Both the position numbers and the translations under genes were made by a program. A stretch of DNA of 64,000 nt from Thermoanaerobaculia bacterium (lineage in GTDB: Bacteria; Acidobacteriota; Thermoanaerobaculia; UBA5066): the NCBI GenBank assembly GCA_963816185.1, contig CAWFJJ010000028.1:192001-256000 (forward strand), read 5' to 3'. The notes beneath the pieces are model-generated. The model searched no databases, was not told where the DNA came from, and saw only the letters and a program-made list of their open reading frames with translations. Positions 18,053 to 29,155 of this stretch are shown piece after piece. Position 1 is the first letter of the stretch. Each line of letters starts with the position of its first letter.

Positions 18053-18768
18053 ACGATTCTCCTTTTGCTGGACCGGGCGGTTCCCGGATGGTTTCGAGAG
18101 GACGCCGCGGCGCGGCGCAGGGATGGCTCTTGCGGGGACTTCGGAGGAAAAGCGCTCTTGGCGAGGGACTCGAGCTGGGCGAGACGCGCCTTGAGATCTT
18201 CGATCTCCTTCGTGAGGCCGGGCTGGGCGCCCGGAGACAGCCGGTTCGCGATGTCGCGGACGCTGCCGACGACGTCGGAAAGGCTCTCGCGGAAAACGAG
18301 GCCGACGTCTTCGCGCAGGCGCGTCCCCTCTTCCCAGGTGAGCCGCCCCTTTTCGACGAGCCCCCCGACGATCTTCTCGACGTCCTGGCGGGCGTCCTCG
18401 AGCCGGCGGGTGAGCGGAGCCAGAGTCCTCCCGAGACGCTCGGGGCGCGAGGCCCTTCGGAGCTTCTCCGCGACGCGGGCGCCGCCGACTCGCTCGACGG
18501 CTCCCGCGACGGTTTCGGCCGCCTCGCTGCCCGCGCGAAGCAGCCGAGTCAACGCGTCGGCCGAGGCGACGATAGGCGTGCGCCCGTGTACGAGGGCGCG
18601 GGAAAGGATTTTCACGGTGATGTCCTCACCCGTATCCGCGGCGATGACTTCCACGCGATCGCCCTCGGAGACCGCCTTCGCGAGGTCGGCGAGGGTCACG
18701 AAACGGCGCTCGCGCGCCTCGTAGAGCTTCCGGTTGCGGTAGCGGACGATTCGACGAGGGTCGCTCAT
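18049..18768 (-). CDS. PhaR-like regulator (PHB_acc_N DNA-binding domain) fused to a phasin-like domain
   Basis: RRIVRYRNRKLYE...FVTLADL...G..V.VI...TGEDIT..IL, followed by LVEKGRLT.EEG. Confidence 0.82.
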   Translation of the reverse strand: MSDPRRIVRYRNRKLYEARERRFVTLADLAKAVSEGDRVEVIAADTGEDITVKILSRALVHGRTPIVASADALTRLLRAGSEAAETVAGAVERVGGARVAEKLRRASRPERLGRTLAPLTRRLEDARQDVEKIVGGLVEKGRLTWEEGTRLREDVGLVFRESLSDVVGSVRDIANRLSPGAQPGLTKEIEDLKARLAQLESLAKSAFPPKSPQEPSLRRAAASSRNHPGTARSSKRRIV

Positions 18769-18779
18769 GCGGGACAATA

Positions 18780-18829
18780 TAACGCGCTGCGTAATCACTG
18801 TCAAGAGAAAACGTGACGCGTTGCGTCAC
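18780..18829. promoter_or_regulatory. Two ACGC-N3-GCGT palindromes, candidate PhaR-type operators
   Basis: TAACGCGCTGCGTAA (18780-18794) and GTGACGCGTTGCGTCAC (18813-18829) in the phaR-like/hutU divergent region. Confidence 0.45.
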
Positions 18830-18846
18830 CGACCCGCCCGGCTAAC

Positions 18847-20538
18847 ATGACGGGCATGCAAAGCACCTCGGCTCCCGCCGCTTTCTCGCCGCCAGCGCTT
18901 CCGAAGGGGACGGCCCTCACGTGCCGTTCGTGGCTCACGGAGGCCCCCTACAGGATGCTCCTGAACAATCTCGACCCCGCAGTCGCCGAGCGCCGCGAAG
19001 ACCTCGTCGTCTACGGCGGCTCGGGCAAGGCCGCCCGGAACCCCGCGTGTCTCGCTGCGATTCTCGAGGAGCTGCGCCGCCTCGGCGACGACGAGACGCT
19101 TCTCGTGCAGTCGGGGAAGCCGGTCGGGGTGTTCCGGACGCACGCGGACGCTCCGCGCGTCCTGATCGCGAATGCCAACCTCGTGCCGCACTGGGCGACG
19201 TGGGACGAGTTTCGTCGTCTCGAAGCCCTCGGCCTGACGATGTTCGGTCAGATGACCGCGGGCTCGTGGATCTACATCGGCACGCAGGGGATCCTTCAGG
19301 GCACGTACGAGACCTTTGCCGAAGCCGCGCGCCGCGACCTCTCGTCGCCTGACGGCTCGCTCGCCGGGCGCCTCGTCGTGACGGCCGGCCTCGGCGGGAT
19401 GGGCGGGGCGCAACCGATGGCCGCCACGATGTGCGGAGGAACCGCGCTCGTCGCCGAAGTGGACGGGGCGCGTATCGACAAGCGCCTCGCGACGCGCTAT
19501 CTCGACGAGCGCGTCGACGACCTCGACACGGGGATCGACCGTGCGCTCGCCGCGCGGGACCGCCGGGAGGCCCGTTCTTTCGGCGTGCTCGCCAACGCGG
19601 TCGACCTCCTCGAACGGCTCCTTCTGCGCGGCCTCGTCCCGGATCTCCTCACCGACCAGACGTCCGCACACGACGAGCTGAACGGCTACGTTCCGCACGG
19701 CCTCCCGTACGAGGACGCGCTCCGCCTCCGGTCGAAAGATCCCGAGGCTTACCGCCGACGGGCCATCGCCTCGATGGGTGCCCACGTGAAGGCAATGCTC
19801 GCGCTGAAGGCTCGCGGCGCCGTGACGTTCGACTACGGGAACAACCTGCGGGCCGGCGCGGTGAAGGCCGGGGTGGCGAATGCCTTCGACATCGTCGGCT
19901 TCGTCCCGCTGTACATCCGCCCCCTGTTCTGCGAGGGCAAGGGGCCGTTCCGGTGGGCGGCGCTCTCGGGAGATCCCGCGGACATCGCGGAGACGGACCG
20001 GGAGATCCTGCGCCTCTTCCCGGGAAACGCCGCTCTGAAGCGCTGGATCACGCTCGCGGGCGAGCGCGTCGCGTTTCAGGGGCTGCCGGCGAGGATCTGC
20101 TGGCTCGGATACGGAGAGCGCGCGCAGGCGGGCCTCGCGTTCAACGAGCTCGTGCGCACGGGACGCGTGAAGGCCCCGATCGTGATCGGTCGCGACCATC
20201 TCGACTGCGGCTCCGTCGCGTCTCCGAACCGCGAGACCGAGGCCATGGCGGACGGCAGCGACGCGATCGCCGATTGGCCCGTCCTGAATGCGCTCCTCAA
20301 CACGGCCGCGGGCGCGACGTGGGTCTCCTTCCATCACGGCGGCGGCGTCGGGATCGGCTACTCGCTTCACGCCGGGATGGTCGTCGTCGCGGACGGGACC
20401 GAGAAGGCCGCGGCGCGTCTCGCGCGGGTTCTCGCGACGGACCCGGGGATCGGCATCGCGCGCCACGCGGACGCCGGCTATCCGGAGGCGCTCGCCTCGG
20501 CCGCGCGTCACGGGATCCGGATCCCGATGGCGCGTTGA
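18847..20538 (+). CDS. hutU: Urocanate hydratase
   Basis: [62 protein letters not shown]. Confidence 0.98.
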   Translation: MTGMQSTSAPAAFSPPALPKGTALTCRSWLTEAPYRMLLNNLDPAVAERREDLVVYGGSGKAARNPACLAAILEELRRLGDDETLLVQSGKPVGVFRTHADAPRVLIANANLVPHWATWDEFRRLEALGLTMFGQMTAGSWIYIGTQGILQGTYETFAEAARRDLSSPDGSLAGRLVVTAGLGGMGGAQPMAATMCGGTALVAEVDGARIDKRLATRYLDERVDDLDTGIDRALAARDRREARSFGVLANAVDLLERLLLRGLVPDLLTDQTSAHDELNGYVPHGLPYEDALRLRSKDPEAYRRRAIASMGAHVKAMLALKARGAVTFDYGNNLRAGAVKAGVANAFDIVGFVPLYIRPLFCEGKGPFRWAALSGDPADIAETDREILRLFPGNAALKRWITLAGERVAFQGLPARICWLGYGERAQAGLAFNELVRTGRVKAPIVIGRDHLDCGSVASPNRETEAMADGSDAIADWPVLNALLNTAAGATWVSFHHGGGVGIGYSLHAGMVVVADGTEKAAARLARVLATDPGIGIARHADAGYPEALASAARHGIRIPMAR

Positions 20539-23500
20539 CGCCCTTGGCCCCGTTGACATTGCGCGCGCGCCGCGCCGCCGTTCTCGGCCTCTTCGCCGCG
20601 GCGCTCGTCGCGTTCGCCATCGCGCTCGCCGTACGCCTCGCGCCGGCGGGCGCCGCCGCTCGGGACGCGCGTGCCGCGCTCTTCCTCGGCGGGGCAGAGC
20701 AGGCGCTCGAACGGGACGGCGAGACGCTTCGCCGGACGGCAGAGCGGATTCACGCCGGGCGGGAGTTCGCGGCGATCGCGGACGGGGGCGGCGCGGAAGT
20801 GCGTCCTGCACGCCTCTTCTCGATTCTGGGGGAGTCGCTGCCGAAAGGCGCGGGCTGGGGCGCGGTCTTCTTCGATCGCACGAGCCGCCCCGTCGCGTGG
20901 GCGGGCGAGGCGGCGGGCCTCGAAGCCGAGCGCGGCCCGGCGACGTCGGGGTTCGTCACTTCTTTTCACGTCACGCGCGTGTTCCTCGGCTGGGTGGCGC
21001 CCCGAGGTGAGCGTGGGGCGCGGGGCACCCTCGTCGTCACCCGCCGCTATCCGACGGGAATCCTGCGGCCGGATCTGATCGAGTTCCTCGCGTTGGCAGA
21101 CGGCCCTACGCGCCTCCGGCTGCGCGTGGCGGCCTCCGAGAGACGCGACCGGCTCCTCGCACTCTCCATGGAAACGCCCGACCCCGCCGTCGCCGAAGAG
21201 GAGGTTCAGCGCGCGAGCGCGTTCAGGCCGGCTCTTCTTCTCGCGATTCTCGCAGTGGCCCTCGGGTTCGGGGCCGGGAGCCCCGCGATTGGGATCGTCC
21301 TCGCCCGGTTCGCCCTCCTGCTTGGCACGCCGCTCGGGGCCTCGGGCGTGTTTTCCGCTGGATGGAACCCGGCGCCGCTCCTCGGACTTTTTCGGACTCC
21401 GGCAGACATCTTTCTCACCGGTGTAGCGACTCTGGTTTTCGCGCGCGCGCTCACCGGGAAAGCGCGCCAGCGGGCAGGCACACCGCGCCTGGGGGCCGCC
21501 GCTCTCGCGATCCCTCTCGTTCTCGCGCCCGGGCTTCTCGGGCGCGCCGCCGCTCTCGTCACCCCGGGACTCTTCGACACGATGAGCCTCGTTCCTGCCG
21601 GCCTGCCGGACTTTCTCGCGCAGACGGGCCTTCTCGCGCTCGCCGCTGCGGCGCTCGTGAGCGGGTCCCTTCTCCTGAGGCCTGGCGCGGCGAAGCGGGG
21701 CGCGCGCGCCGCAGCCGCGCTCGGGCTGGGCGCTCTTGCGGCTGCTTTCGCCTTCGCGGGGTCGCCGCTTCATCTCCCTTGCCTCGGGCTCGCGTCCATC
21801 GCGCTCACGTTCGCGCTCGCCGGACGGGTCCGGCCGTCGCCTCAGAGCGACCTCCTGTCCCGGGCCGCGACCGCGGTCTTCGTCCTCGGGGCAGCGACGC
21901 TTCTCTTCGCGGCCGGTCTGGCAGACGGACGCCTCCGGCGCGCGGACGCAGCGACCCTCAGGGCCGAAGGTCAATCTCAAGGAGACAGCGCGGCCATGCG
22001 GGCGGAGGCCGTGCGGCGCTGGGAGCGCCGGGTCGCCTCGCCATCCCTGGAGCCGTGGCTGCCGGCGGGGGAACGCACGCAGCGTGACGACCTTGCCCGC
22101 GCGCTGTGGGCGCGAGGGGCGGACGAGAGCTTCCCCGAGCTCGGTGACACGCTCACGATCCGGAGCCAGCTCGGCGCCACATTGTCGTCATTCGGCGTGA
22201 TCCGGCCCGGGCGCCGGGCGGCGGACTTCGTCTCGCCGGCCGTCGTGCCCGCAGCGTTCTCCGCGGAGTTCCGGCATGTGCCCTGGCTCCGCGAGCTGGA
22301 TCGGGATCCGCTGCTCTCGGCCGTCGCATCTCGCAACATGCCGGACCGCGTCGCCGTCGAGCGGCTGGAATGGGACGCGGCAGGCCGGGCGACGGGATCA
22401 CGGGGGGAGGGCGTGGAGATGTCCGACAGGATTCTGAGCCGAGCCCGCCTCTCGGGGGAGGCTCTCGGGACCGTCCCCACTCCGGACGGGCTGCGTCGCG
22501 TACGTGTCCGTACCGTCGCCTCCGGTTTCATCGGATTCGCGGCCCCCGCCGACTCGCCCCTTGCGGTAACGGGGGCCGCCGTGGCGGCGGGAGAGGCGGC
22601 GCTCGTCCTCCTCGTTCCTCTCCTTTTCACGGGCTCACCGTTCCGCGGTGTCGCGTTCCGTCTCCCCTGGCGGTTCTTCGCGACGTTCCGGGCCCGGCTG
22701 GTCGCGCTCGTCCTCGTCTTCGGCGCCCTTCCTCTGGGCCTCAGCGTCATGTTCGTGAGGATCGCCCTCGAGGGCCACGCTTCCCGGGAGACGGCGCAGC
22801 GTTCGCGCGACGTGGTGTCCGAGGGGCGACGTCTGCTGGAGGCAGACGAGACGGGAGTGGCCCTTTCGCCGGAGGTTGCGCTGAATCGAGCCGCCGCAGT
22901 CATCGGCTGGGACCTTCTCCGCTATCGCGACGGAACGCTCGTCGCCGCGTCGCGTGCGCTCCCCGTCGCAGCGGAGGTGGCGCGCGAAAGGCTCGCCTCT
23001 CCGATCGCGCAGGCGCTCGCCGAAGGGCGGCCTTCAGCGTTTGCCTCGCGCGGCGCCCTCGCGGCCGGAGTGCCGCGCGTGGTCGAGGCCGCCGAGGCCG
23101 TGTCGGCGGACGGGCGCGAGGCGCTTGCGGTCGTCGTCGCCGAGGACGAGGCCGTCCGGTCCGCGGCCGACGCGCTCCTTCTGCTCTCCGTCGCAGTCGC
23201 GCTCGCGGCCGTGGGTCTCGGGGGTCGAGCGGCGCTCACGTTGGGGGGGCCGCTCGAGGAGCTCATCGCCGCCACGGCGAATGTCGGCGAGGGGAGGCCT
23301 TTGCCGCCGCTCGTGCGCCCGGCCAACGTGGATCTCGCGCGCCTCGTCGACGCGTTCACAGAGATGTCGGCACGCGTCGAGGAACGCACGGAATCCCTTG
23401 CCGAGGAGCGCGCCTCCGCCGTCGGTCTTCTCGGAAATCTCACGGCGGCGGTCCTGCTGTTCCGCCGGCGCGATGGAACGGTCCTCCTCGCGAATCCCGC

Positions 23501-24443
23501 GGCGGATCGCCTCCTGCCGGGAGGGACGCTCTCCGAGCGGCTCGCCGACGCCCGGTGGGCGCCGCTTCGCGCGGCTCTCGGAGAAGCGGCGGTGCGCCCG
23601 TCGCCGTACGAGCTGCGCGTGACCATTCCTGGTCCCTCGGGCGAGCGCTTCTTCCGCGTCGCGATCGTGACGCTTCCGGGAGAAGAACGCGCGCCGCGCG
23701 TGATCCTGCTTCTGGAGGACCTCACGGATTTTCTCCGGGCCGACAGGCTCGCGGCGTGGGTCGACGCCGCCCGCTCCATCGCGCACGACATCAAGAACCC
23801 GCTGACGCCGATCCGGCTCGCGGCCGAGCGCCTCGGGCGTTTCGAAGCGAAGCGCGAGACGCCGCCGCGCGGCGCGATCGGAGACGTCGCGGCGGGAATC
23901 CTCCGGCAGGTCGGAATCCTGACCGACCGCATTGGCCGGCTCGGGCGGTTCGGCGACCCCGCGGCTGTTGAGCGGCGCGTGCTCGACCGCGCTGCCGTGG
24001 CTCTGCTCCTCGAAGAAGTCGCCGCCGACTTCCGGACGCACGAAACCCTCGCGATCGAGACCGTGACCGATCCGGACCTCCACGTGTTCGCAGCGGACCC
24101 TTTCCTCGTCCGCGACGCCCTGACGAACTTTCTCGTGAACGCAACCGAGGCGATCGGCGGAGCATACGGTCACGTCCGGCTTTCGGCCGGGAATTCGACT
24201 CTCGCCGCCGGTGCGCCCGCCGTACGCTTCGCGTGTGCCGACGACGGTCCGGGAGTGCCGGAGGATGTCGCGGGGAGGCTATTCGAGCCTACGTTCTCGA
24301 CGAAATCCCGCGGTTCGGGGATGGGCCTCGCGGCCGTGCGGCGGGCCGCCGAGCGCCATGCGGGGAGCGTGTTCGCGCACCCGAGGATGGGCGGCGGGCT
24401 GGTCGTAGGCTTCACACTGCCCGCGTTATCATCCCCACCGTGA
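20535..24443 (+). CDS. Large multi-TM sensor histidine kinase (NtrY-like, HAMP-PAS-HisKA-HATPase)
   Basis: Many TM segments, [12 protein letters not shown]-box, [28 protein letters not shown] start inferred overlapping the hutU stop. Confidence 0.88.
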   Translation: MTPLAPLTLRARRAAVLGLFAAALVAFAIALAVRLAPAGAAARDARAALFLGGAEQALERDGETLRRTAERIHAGREFAAIADGGGAEVRPARLFSILGESLPKGAGWGAVFFDRTSRPVAWAGEAAGLEAERGPATSGFVTSFHVTRVFLGWVAPRGERGARGTLVVTRRYPTGILRPDLIEFLALADGPTRLRLRVAASERRDRLLALSMETPDPAVAEEEVQRASAFRPALLLAILAVALGFGAGSPAIGIVLARFALLLGTPLGASGVFSAGWNPAPLLGLFRTPADIFLTGVATLVFARALTGKARQRAGTPRLGAAALAIPLVLAPGLLGRAAALVTPGLFDTMSLVPAGLPDFLAQTGLLALAAAALVSGSLLLRPGAAKRGARAAAALGLGALAAAFAFAGSPLHLPCLGLASIALTFALAGRVRPSPQSDLLSRAATAVFVLGAATLLFAAGLADGRLRRADAATLRAEGQSQGDSAAMRAEAVRRWERRVASPSLEPWLPAGERTQRDDLARALWARGADESFPELGDTLTIRSQLGATLSSFGVIRPGRRAADFVSPAVVPAAFSAEFRHVPWLRELDRDPLLSAVASRNMPDRVAVERLEWDAAGRATGSRGEGVEMSDRILSRARLSGEALGTVPTPDGLRRVRVRTVASGFIGFAAPADSPLAVTGAAVAAGEAALVLLVPLLFTGSPFRGVAFRLPWRFFATFRARLVALVLVFGALPLGLSVMFVRIALEGHASRETAQRSRDVVSEGRRLLEADETGVALSPEVALNRAAAVIGWDLLRYRDGTLVAASRALPVAAEVARERLASPIAQALAEGRPSAFASRGALAAGVPRVVEAAEAVSADGREALAVVVAEDEAVRSAADALLLLSVAVALAAVGLGGRAALTLGGPLEELIAATANVGEGRPLPPLVRPANVDLARLVDAFTEMSARVEERTESLAEERASAVGLLGNLTAAVLLFRRRDGTVLLANPAADRLLPGGTLSERLADARWAPLRAALGEAAVRPSPYELRVTIPGPSGERFFRVAIVTLPGEERAPRVILLLEDLTDFLRADRLAAWVDAARSIAHDIKNPLTPIRLAAERLGRFEAKRETPPRGAIGDVAAGILRQVGILTDRIGRLGRFGDPAAVERRVLDRAAVALLLEEVAADFRTHETLAIETVTDPDLHVFAADPFLVRDALTNFLVNATEAIGGAYGHVRLSAGNSTLAAGAPAVRFACADDGPGVPEDVAGRLFEPTFSTKSRGSGMGLAAVRRAAERHAGSVFAHPRMGGGLVVGFTLPALSSPP

Positions 24444-24487
24444 CTCACCCGGCTCCTTGCCGGCGCGGCGCGTCCGCCGCGGGCCGT

Positions 24488-25993
24488 ATGGCTGTCCGGT
24501 CCCTCACCGGAATCCTCACCACCTCGCTCCTTCTCGCGGCCTCGTGCCGGAAGACCCGGAGGGAGGAGCCCGTGCCGGACGTGTCTCCGGCCGCGCCGCG
24601 CGGCGACGCTCTCTTCCTCGCAGAAGCCCCGGCGTTCGTGCCGGACGACGTCGACGCCGAGCTCGGGACGATGCGGATCACCCGCCTCTACGTGCCCGCC
24701 GCGACGCTCTCCCGTGATGGTGCCATCAAGGCCTTGCCGCCGCCTCCCGTACCGCTCAAGCAGCCACTCGTGCTGACCGTTCTCGGAGAGGAGGGCGCGG
24801 CGGAAGCCCTCTCCGGCCGTGGCGGAGCTGCCGGCGAGGAGTGGGCGCGGGCGCTCGTCCCGATCCTCGGGAACGCCAGAAGCTGGGGCCGGGTCGAGGG
24901 CCTGCATTTCCACATCTGGCCTTCACCCGAGCTGGCCAAGGATCTCGGGACCGCGCTCGCTGCCGTGCACAAGGGACTCGGCATCCCCGTCTCCGTCACC
25001 CTTCCACCCACGGGGCAGCCGGAGAGATGGAAGCCGCTCGCAGGCGCGGCCGACGAGGCTCTCGTTCTGGCGTTCGGCCGGCGGCCCGAGCTCGGCGGCC
25101 AGATCGTGAGCGAGTGGCCCGAGGAGCTCGCGCGAGCGCTTCCGCTTCCGTTCCGGCTGCTGATAGCGTTCGGCGGATACGGGCGCACGGGCGACGGAAC
25201 GACCTTCGGCGGGCGGATCCTGCCGGACGGAAAGATCGACGAGTTCTCCAAAGACCGCGCGCTCGACTTCGATTTCGGGCAGGTTTTCTCGGCCGAGCCC
25301 GGCACCGTCTGCATCTTCAAGCCCAGGGCGGGGACGAGGGGCTCGACCCTCGCCGCGGACGGCGGTTACGCGCGCTTCCAGTTTCTGACGATCGCCGAGG
25401 GCCTGCGGTTTCTCGCCGGAGCGGGGAGATGGTCCGTGCCGAATCTCCGGGGACGGGTCTTTCTCGTGGAAGGCGTGCCGAAGGACGGACACCTCGTTGG
25501 CTACCCGGCGGTGCGTGCCCTTCTGACCGGCAAGCCGCTCGAGCCGCGGCTCGCGGTCGAGGCGATTCGCGGCGAATCGGGGCATGGGTACATCGAATTC
25601 GCCGTTCGAGCCACGAACGAGGGCCCTGCGCCGACCGACCTCTCCCATTACGACAATTGGATCCAGATCCGGGTCGAAGGCGGCACCGTGGCCTTCGTGA
25701 AGCCGGGGGACTTCGACCGGTACGAGCAGCTCACCTCCGCGGCCGACGGGTACAGGCCCACGGGCTCGAGCGGGGCGGTCGTCGCCCGGCTGTTCGAGAA
25801 CATCTTCGCGCCGGGCGAAAGGAACCAGTCGGGTCCGATACGAGCGGCCGGAACGCATCCGCACGTCTTCCTGAGCTGGCACCTCACGCTGCCCGACGGG
25901 AAGGTGACGACCGGGCCCGAGATCGAGGCCGTCGTTTCCGCCCCTGCCCCCACGGTTTCTCCGAGACCGAGAGCCCGCGGGCGCCGGCGCTGA
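24488..25993 (+). CDS. Hypothetical lipoprotein (possible degenerate TIM-barrel/GH18-like domain)
   Basis: Lipobox LAASC. The GLHFHIWP...VSVTLP pattern only loosely resembles GH18/DUF3142. Confidence 0.6.
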   Translation: MAVRSLTGILTTSLLLAASCRKTRREEPVPDVSPAAPRGDALFLAEAPAFVPDDVDAELGTMRITRLYVPAATLSRDGAIKALPPPPVPLKQPLVLTVLGEEGAAEALSGRGGAAGEEWARALVPILGNARSWGRVEGLHFHIWPSPELAKDLGTALAAVHKGLGIPVSVTLPPTGQPERWKPLAGAADEALVLAFGRRPELGGQIVSEWPEELARALPLPFRLLIAFGGYGRTGDGTTFGGRILPDGKIDEFSKDRALDFDFGQVFSAEPGTVCIFKPRAGTRGSTLAADGGYARFQFLTIAEGLRFLAGAGRWSVPNLRGRVFLVEGVPKDGHLVGYPAVRALLTGKPLEPRLAVEAIRGESGHGYIEFAVRATNEGPAPTDLSHYDNWIQIRVEGGTVAFVKPGDFDRYEQLTSAADGYRPTGSSGAVVARLFENIFAPGERNQSGPIRAAGTHPHVFLSWHLTLPDGKVTTGPEIEAVVSAPAPTVSPRPRARGRRR

Positions 25994-25995
25994 AC

Positions 25996-26994
25996 CTAGC
26001 CCAGCCAGCCTCGCTCCCGCACCGCCTGCTCGGCGAGCCGCACGGCCAGGAGAGCCCCCGCGCGTCTCAGATGGTCTGCGGCGAGCGTGAGCGCGACGCG
26101 CTGACCCGACGCCTCACACCGGAGAATCAGCGTTTCGTCGCGTCCGGCCGATTCCACGGGACCAGAGAGATCCTCGGGATCGACGACGTCGAACGCGTGC
26201 TTCCGCGCGCGGAAAGCGGCGAGAAGGTCTGTCGCCTCCGGGGCGTCGCCGCGGAGTCGCAGATCGATGCGCAGGAAATGGCCGTGAAAGACGCCGCTCC
26301 GAGCCGACAGAATCGCCGTAGGGATCTGCCGTTCCAGGAGGGAGGCCAGGTCGTCCGCGACGCCCTTTTCGAACGTGCCCGAGTCGGGCGGCACCCAGGA
26401 ATTGAAGGCCCCCTGAGTTTGGAGTACGTCCTTCGGGAGCGGGCGAAAGGTCGCGAGCGCGAGAGCCTGCTGAAAGAGCTCGTCGAGAGCGGCTTTGCCG
26501 AGCTCGCTCACGGGCCGGTCGACGGCGGCGCTGACTTCGGCGACCGGCGCGAGCGTCTCGACGACACGAATCGTCTCGTAAAGGACGAATGCGACCGGAT
26601 GCGGAGTGAGAAAGAGGTCTCCGGACGGCAGCGCTCGCGACTCGCCGGCCTCCGACGGGACGACGAGCGCCTGGCCGAGCCGGACGCCCGAAAGGTCGAT
26701 CGCGAGGGCGTGGTCCTTTCTCGTCGCGAGAAAACGCGTCGTCGTGGAGGCGTTTCCACAAAAGAAGGCGATCCGGCTGGTCTCGAGAGCGTCGGACGTC
26801 AGCGGGGCGACGAAGGCGACTTCGTCGTCGACGGCGGTCAGAAGGCCCGCGTCGGCTTCGGCCTGGTGGAACAAGGACAGGTGCGACGCCGGGAACTTTC
26901 GCTCCGTCAGGACGGCGCGGACGTCGCGGCCGAGGAGCGTTGTCGGCTCCACGAGGGCGACGACGAGGCCGGTTCCGGGCGCCGCCTTCTTCAC
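25996..26994 (-). CDS. Aspartate-semialdehyde dehydrogenase-like (Usg-like) protein, probably non-catalytic
   Basis: Asd fold motifs (IDLSG, GKAALDELFQQ, AFN, VFHGH, DHLRRAGA) but lacks GATG and the catalytic NC. Confidence 0.75.
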   Translation of the reverse strand: MKKAAPGTGLVVALVEPTTLLGRDVRAVLTERKFPASHLSLFHQAEADAGLLTAVDDEVAFVAPLTSDALETSRIAFFCGNASTTTRFLATRKDHALAIDLSGVRLGQALVVPSEAGESRALPSGDLFLTPHPVAFVLYETIRVVETLAPVAEVSAAVDRPVSELGKAALDELFQQALALATFRPLPKDVLQTQGAFNSWVPPDSGTFEKGVADDLASLLERQIPTAILSARSGVFHGHFLRIDLRLRGDAPEATDLLAAFRARKHAFDVVDPEDLSGPVESAGRDETLILRCEASGQRVALTLAADHLRRAGALLAVRLAEQAVRERGWLG

Positions 26995-27743
26995 GCGGTC
27001 GCGTCTTTCGGGCGCCCGCGTAGGAACCCGGCGAGCCGCGCGAGGGGCGCCGACGCGGCGTACGTCACGAGCAGACCCGCCAGCGCGTACTCGCGGAACG
27101 ACCAGATGAGGCCGAGGGCGGCCGCAAAGAGGAGGAAGTAGAGCCGCCCGCGGCGGGACTTCGTGTCGAGATCCTTGAACGACCGGTAGCGGAACGTCGA
27201 GACCATGAGAAACGCGAGGACGGCGGTGACGCCGAGGAAGACGACCCGGAGCGTGTCCGTGAGCGCAGCGGCAGGCACGGCCCAGATCAGCCCGCAGAGT
27301 GCGCCGGCCGCCGACGGGATCGGCAGTCCGACGAACCAGCGCTTGTCCACGACGTGGATCTGCACGTTGAACCGGGCGAGGCGCGACGCCCCGCAGACGA
27401 CGAAGAGGAACGAGACGACGAGCCCCGCGCGGCTGAAGCCCGTGAGCCCCCAGCGATAGACGAGGAAGGCGGGTGCGACGCCGAAGCTCACGATGTCCGC
27501 GAGGGAGTCGAGCTGCTCGCCAAACGCCGAGGTCGTCCCCGTCCAGCGGGCGACTCGTCCGTCCAGCGCGTCCAGGAAGGCCGCGAGAAAAACGAGCTTC
27601 GCGGCGTACTCGAATTCCCCCTGCGTAGCGGCGTCGAGCGAAAGGTACCCGCAGAGGATGTTGCCCGCCGTGAAGAGAGCGGGCAGCGCATAAATCCCCC
27701 GGCGCACCCCGCGCCGCGGGGCGGACGAAGGCGAATCGGTCAA
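26991..27743 (-). CDS. pssA: CDP-diacylglycerol--serine O-phosphatidyltransferase
   Basis: LDALDGRVAR...FGEQLDSLADIVSFGVAP, RLARFN, FVGLPIP. Confidence 0.93.
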   Translation of the reverse strand: MTDSPSSAPRRGVRRGIYALPALFTAGNILCGYLSLDAATQGEFEYAAKLVFLAAFLDALDGRVARWTGTTSAFGEQLDSLADIVSFGVAPAFLVYRWGLTGFSRAGLVVSFLFVVCGASRLARFNVQIHVVDKRWFVGLPIPSAAGALCGLIWAVPAAALTDTLRVVFLGVTAVLAFLMVSTFRYRSFKDLDTKSRRGRLYFLLFAAALGLIWSFREYALAGLLVTYAASAPLARLAGFLRGRPKDATA

Positions 27744-27750
27744 AGGGTGC

Positions 27751-27987
27751 CTAGTGCGCCGAGACGCGTGCGCGATGCTCGCGCACGATCTCTTCCATCC
27801 GGTCTTTCAGATGCAGTTTGTGTTTCTTCAGGCGCTTCTCCTCGATCTCTTCGTCGGTGGAGAGGAAAGTCTTCGAGGCGAGCTCGGCGAGCCGCTTCTC
27901 GTGATCGTGGTGGTCACGCAGAAGAGAGCGAAATTCCTCGTTCTGGCTCTCGAGCTCGTGCTTGAACTCTTCCGTGATGGTCTGCAT
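27751..27987 (-). CDS. DUF465/YdcH family coiled-coil protein
   Basis: H...E..L...EE.EEKRLKKHKLHLKD. GAGGAGG RBS. Confidence 0.85.
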   Translation of the reverse strand: MQTITEEFKHELESQNEEFRSLLRDHHDHEKRLAELASKTFLSTDEEIEEKRLKKHKLHLKDRMEEIVREHRARVSAH

Positions 27988-28011
27988 CGACACCTCCTCG
28001 GGTGAAATGGA

Positions 28012-28518
28012 TCAGCGTCCGGAGTCTCCCTTCATGGCCGGGGGGCCGTCAAGGCGGTGCGGCCCCGGAAGCTTCCGGACCATGACCAGAGCGTCCTCTC
28101 CGTCGAAGTAATAGCGCGCCCTGCGTCCGGCCTCGGAGAACCCGAGGCCCGCGTAAAACGTCTGGGCTCGCTGGTTCGAGACGCGCACCTCGAGGTACAT
28201 CTCCTCGGCGTCGACCCGCGCGGCGAACGTGAAGACCTCGTCCATGAGCGCAGAAGCGACGCCCTGGCGGCGAAAGGCAGGCGCGACGGCGATCTTGTTC
28301 ACGTGAACTTCGCCTCCCGCGAAGGCGCAGAAGACATAGCCGGCGAGCGTGCCGCCGCAGAGGGCCACGCGGTTGAAGCGCCAGGGGGCCCCGACCTCCA
28401 CCTCGAAGTATTCGCGCTTCCAAGGGACGGGGAACGAGAGACGCTCGAGGTCGGCGATCCCGTCGAGGTCGAAGTGGCGCGCGTCCCGCAGCGTCAGGGG
28501 CTCGGGGAGGGCGCTCAC
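28012..28518 (-). CDS. rimI: Ribosomal-protein-alanine N-acetyltransferase
   Basis: SFPVPW, IAVAPAFRRQG, LEVRVSN, RRARYY..GEDALVM. Confidence 0.92.
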   Translation of the reverse strand: MSALPEPLTLRDARHFDLDGIADLERLSFPVPWKREYFEVEVGAPWRFNRVALCGGTLAGYVFCAFAGGEVHVNKIAVAPAFRRQGVASALMDEVFTFAARVDAEEMYLEVRVSNQRAQTFYAGLGFSEAGRRARYYFDGEDALVMVRKLPGPHRLDGPPAMKGDSGR

Positions 28519-29117
28519 CTGAGATCCGATGCCTCCAGGCGGGTCCGCTTCTCCTCGGCGGCGCTCGGCCTTCCGTAAACCACGCCGTGCGAGCCGGTCC
28601 CGCTCCGTGCGGCGATTCGTCCGGCGGCGGCGGCGAGCGGGAGGTCTTCCGCCCCGAGATCCACGACCGAGCGTCCTCCGGCGGAGGCGGCGGCCTCGAC
28701 CTCGAGCCTCGGACGCGGCGGCATCGCCTCTACGGCGCGGCCCGCCTTCCGCAGCGCCGCGTGCACGTCACCCCGGCCGGCGTCGAGGACGAAGACGGCG
28801 TCCGCGGGCTCGGGCTTTGCCTCTTGGGCTGCCGCGAAAGTGGGCACGAGGACGAGGGGAATGTCGCGCCCCCGCGCGAGCCCGCGCGCGAATGCAAGCC
28901 CCGCGCGCAGCCCCGTGAATGAGCCCGGGCCGGACACGACCGCAATGCACGTGAGATCGTGAACGGTTTGACCGGCCTCGGCGAGAAGGGTCCCGAGCGC
29001 GATCGGAAGGCTTTCGGCGGCATTCGGGGGAAGGGGCTTGGTCTTTTCGGGGCCGTCACCGCCTCCGATTGCCAGAGACGGGAAGGGCGAGGCCGTGTCG
29101 AGCGAAAGGATGAGCAT
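28515..29117 (-). CDS. tsaB: tRNA threonylcarbamoyladenosine biosynthesis protein TsaB
   Basis: ILSLDTA, GPGSFTGLRAG, LDAGRGDV. Adjacent to rimI. Confidence 0.92.
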   Translation of the reverse strand: MLILSLDTASPFPSLAIGGGDGPEKTKPLPPNAAESLPIALGTLLAEAGQTVHDLTCIAVVSGPGSFTGLRAGLAFARGLARGRDIPLVLVPTFAAAQEAKPEPADAVFVLDAGRGDVHAALRKAGRAVEAMPPRPRLEVEAAASAGGRSVVDLGAEDLPLAAAAGRIAARSGTGSHGVVYGRPSAAEEKRTRLEASDLR

Positions 29118-29155
29118 CCGCCGCCTCCCCGCGATGCTAGCATCCCCGCCTCCAC

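Noticed and set aside
19431-20534. N-terminal 368 aa of the 1670-aa ORF (apparent giant kinase)
   Set aside because: It is an Arg-rich shadow frame overlapping hutU. The real kinase starts at about 20535.
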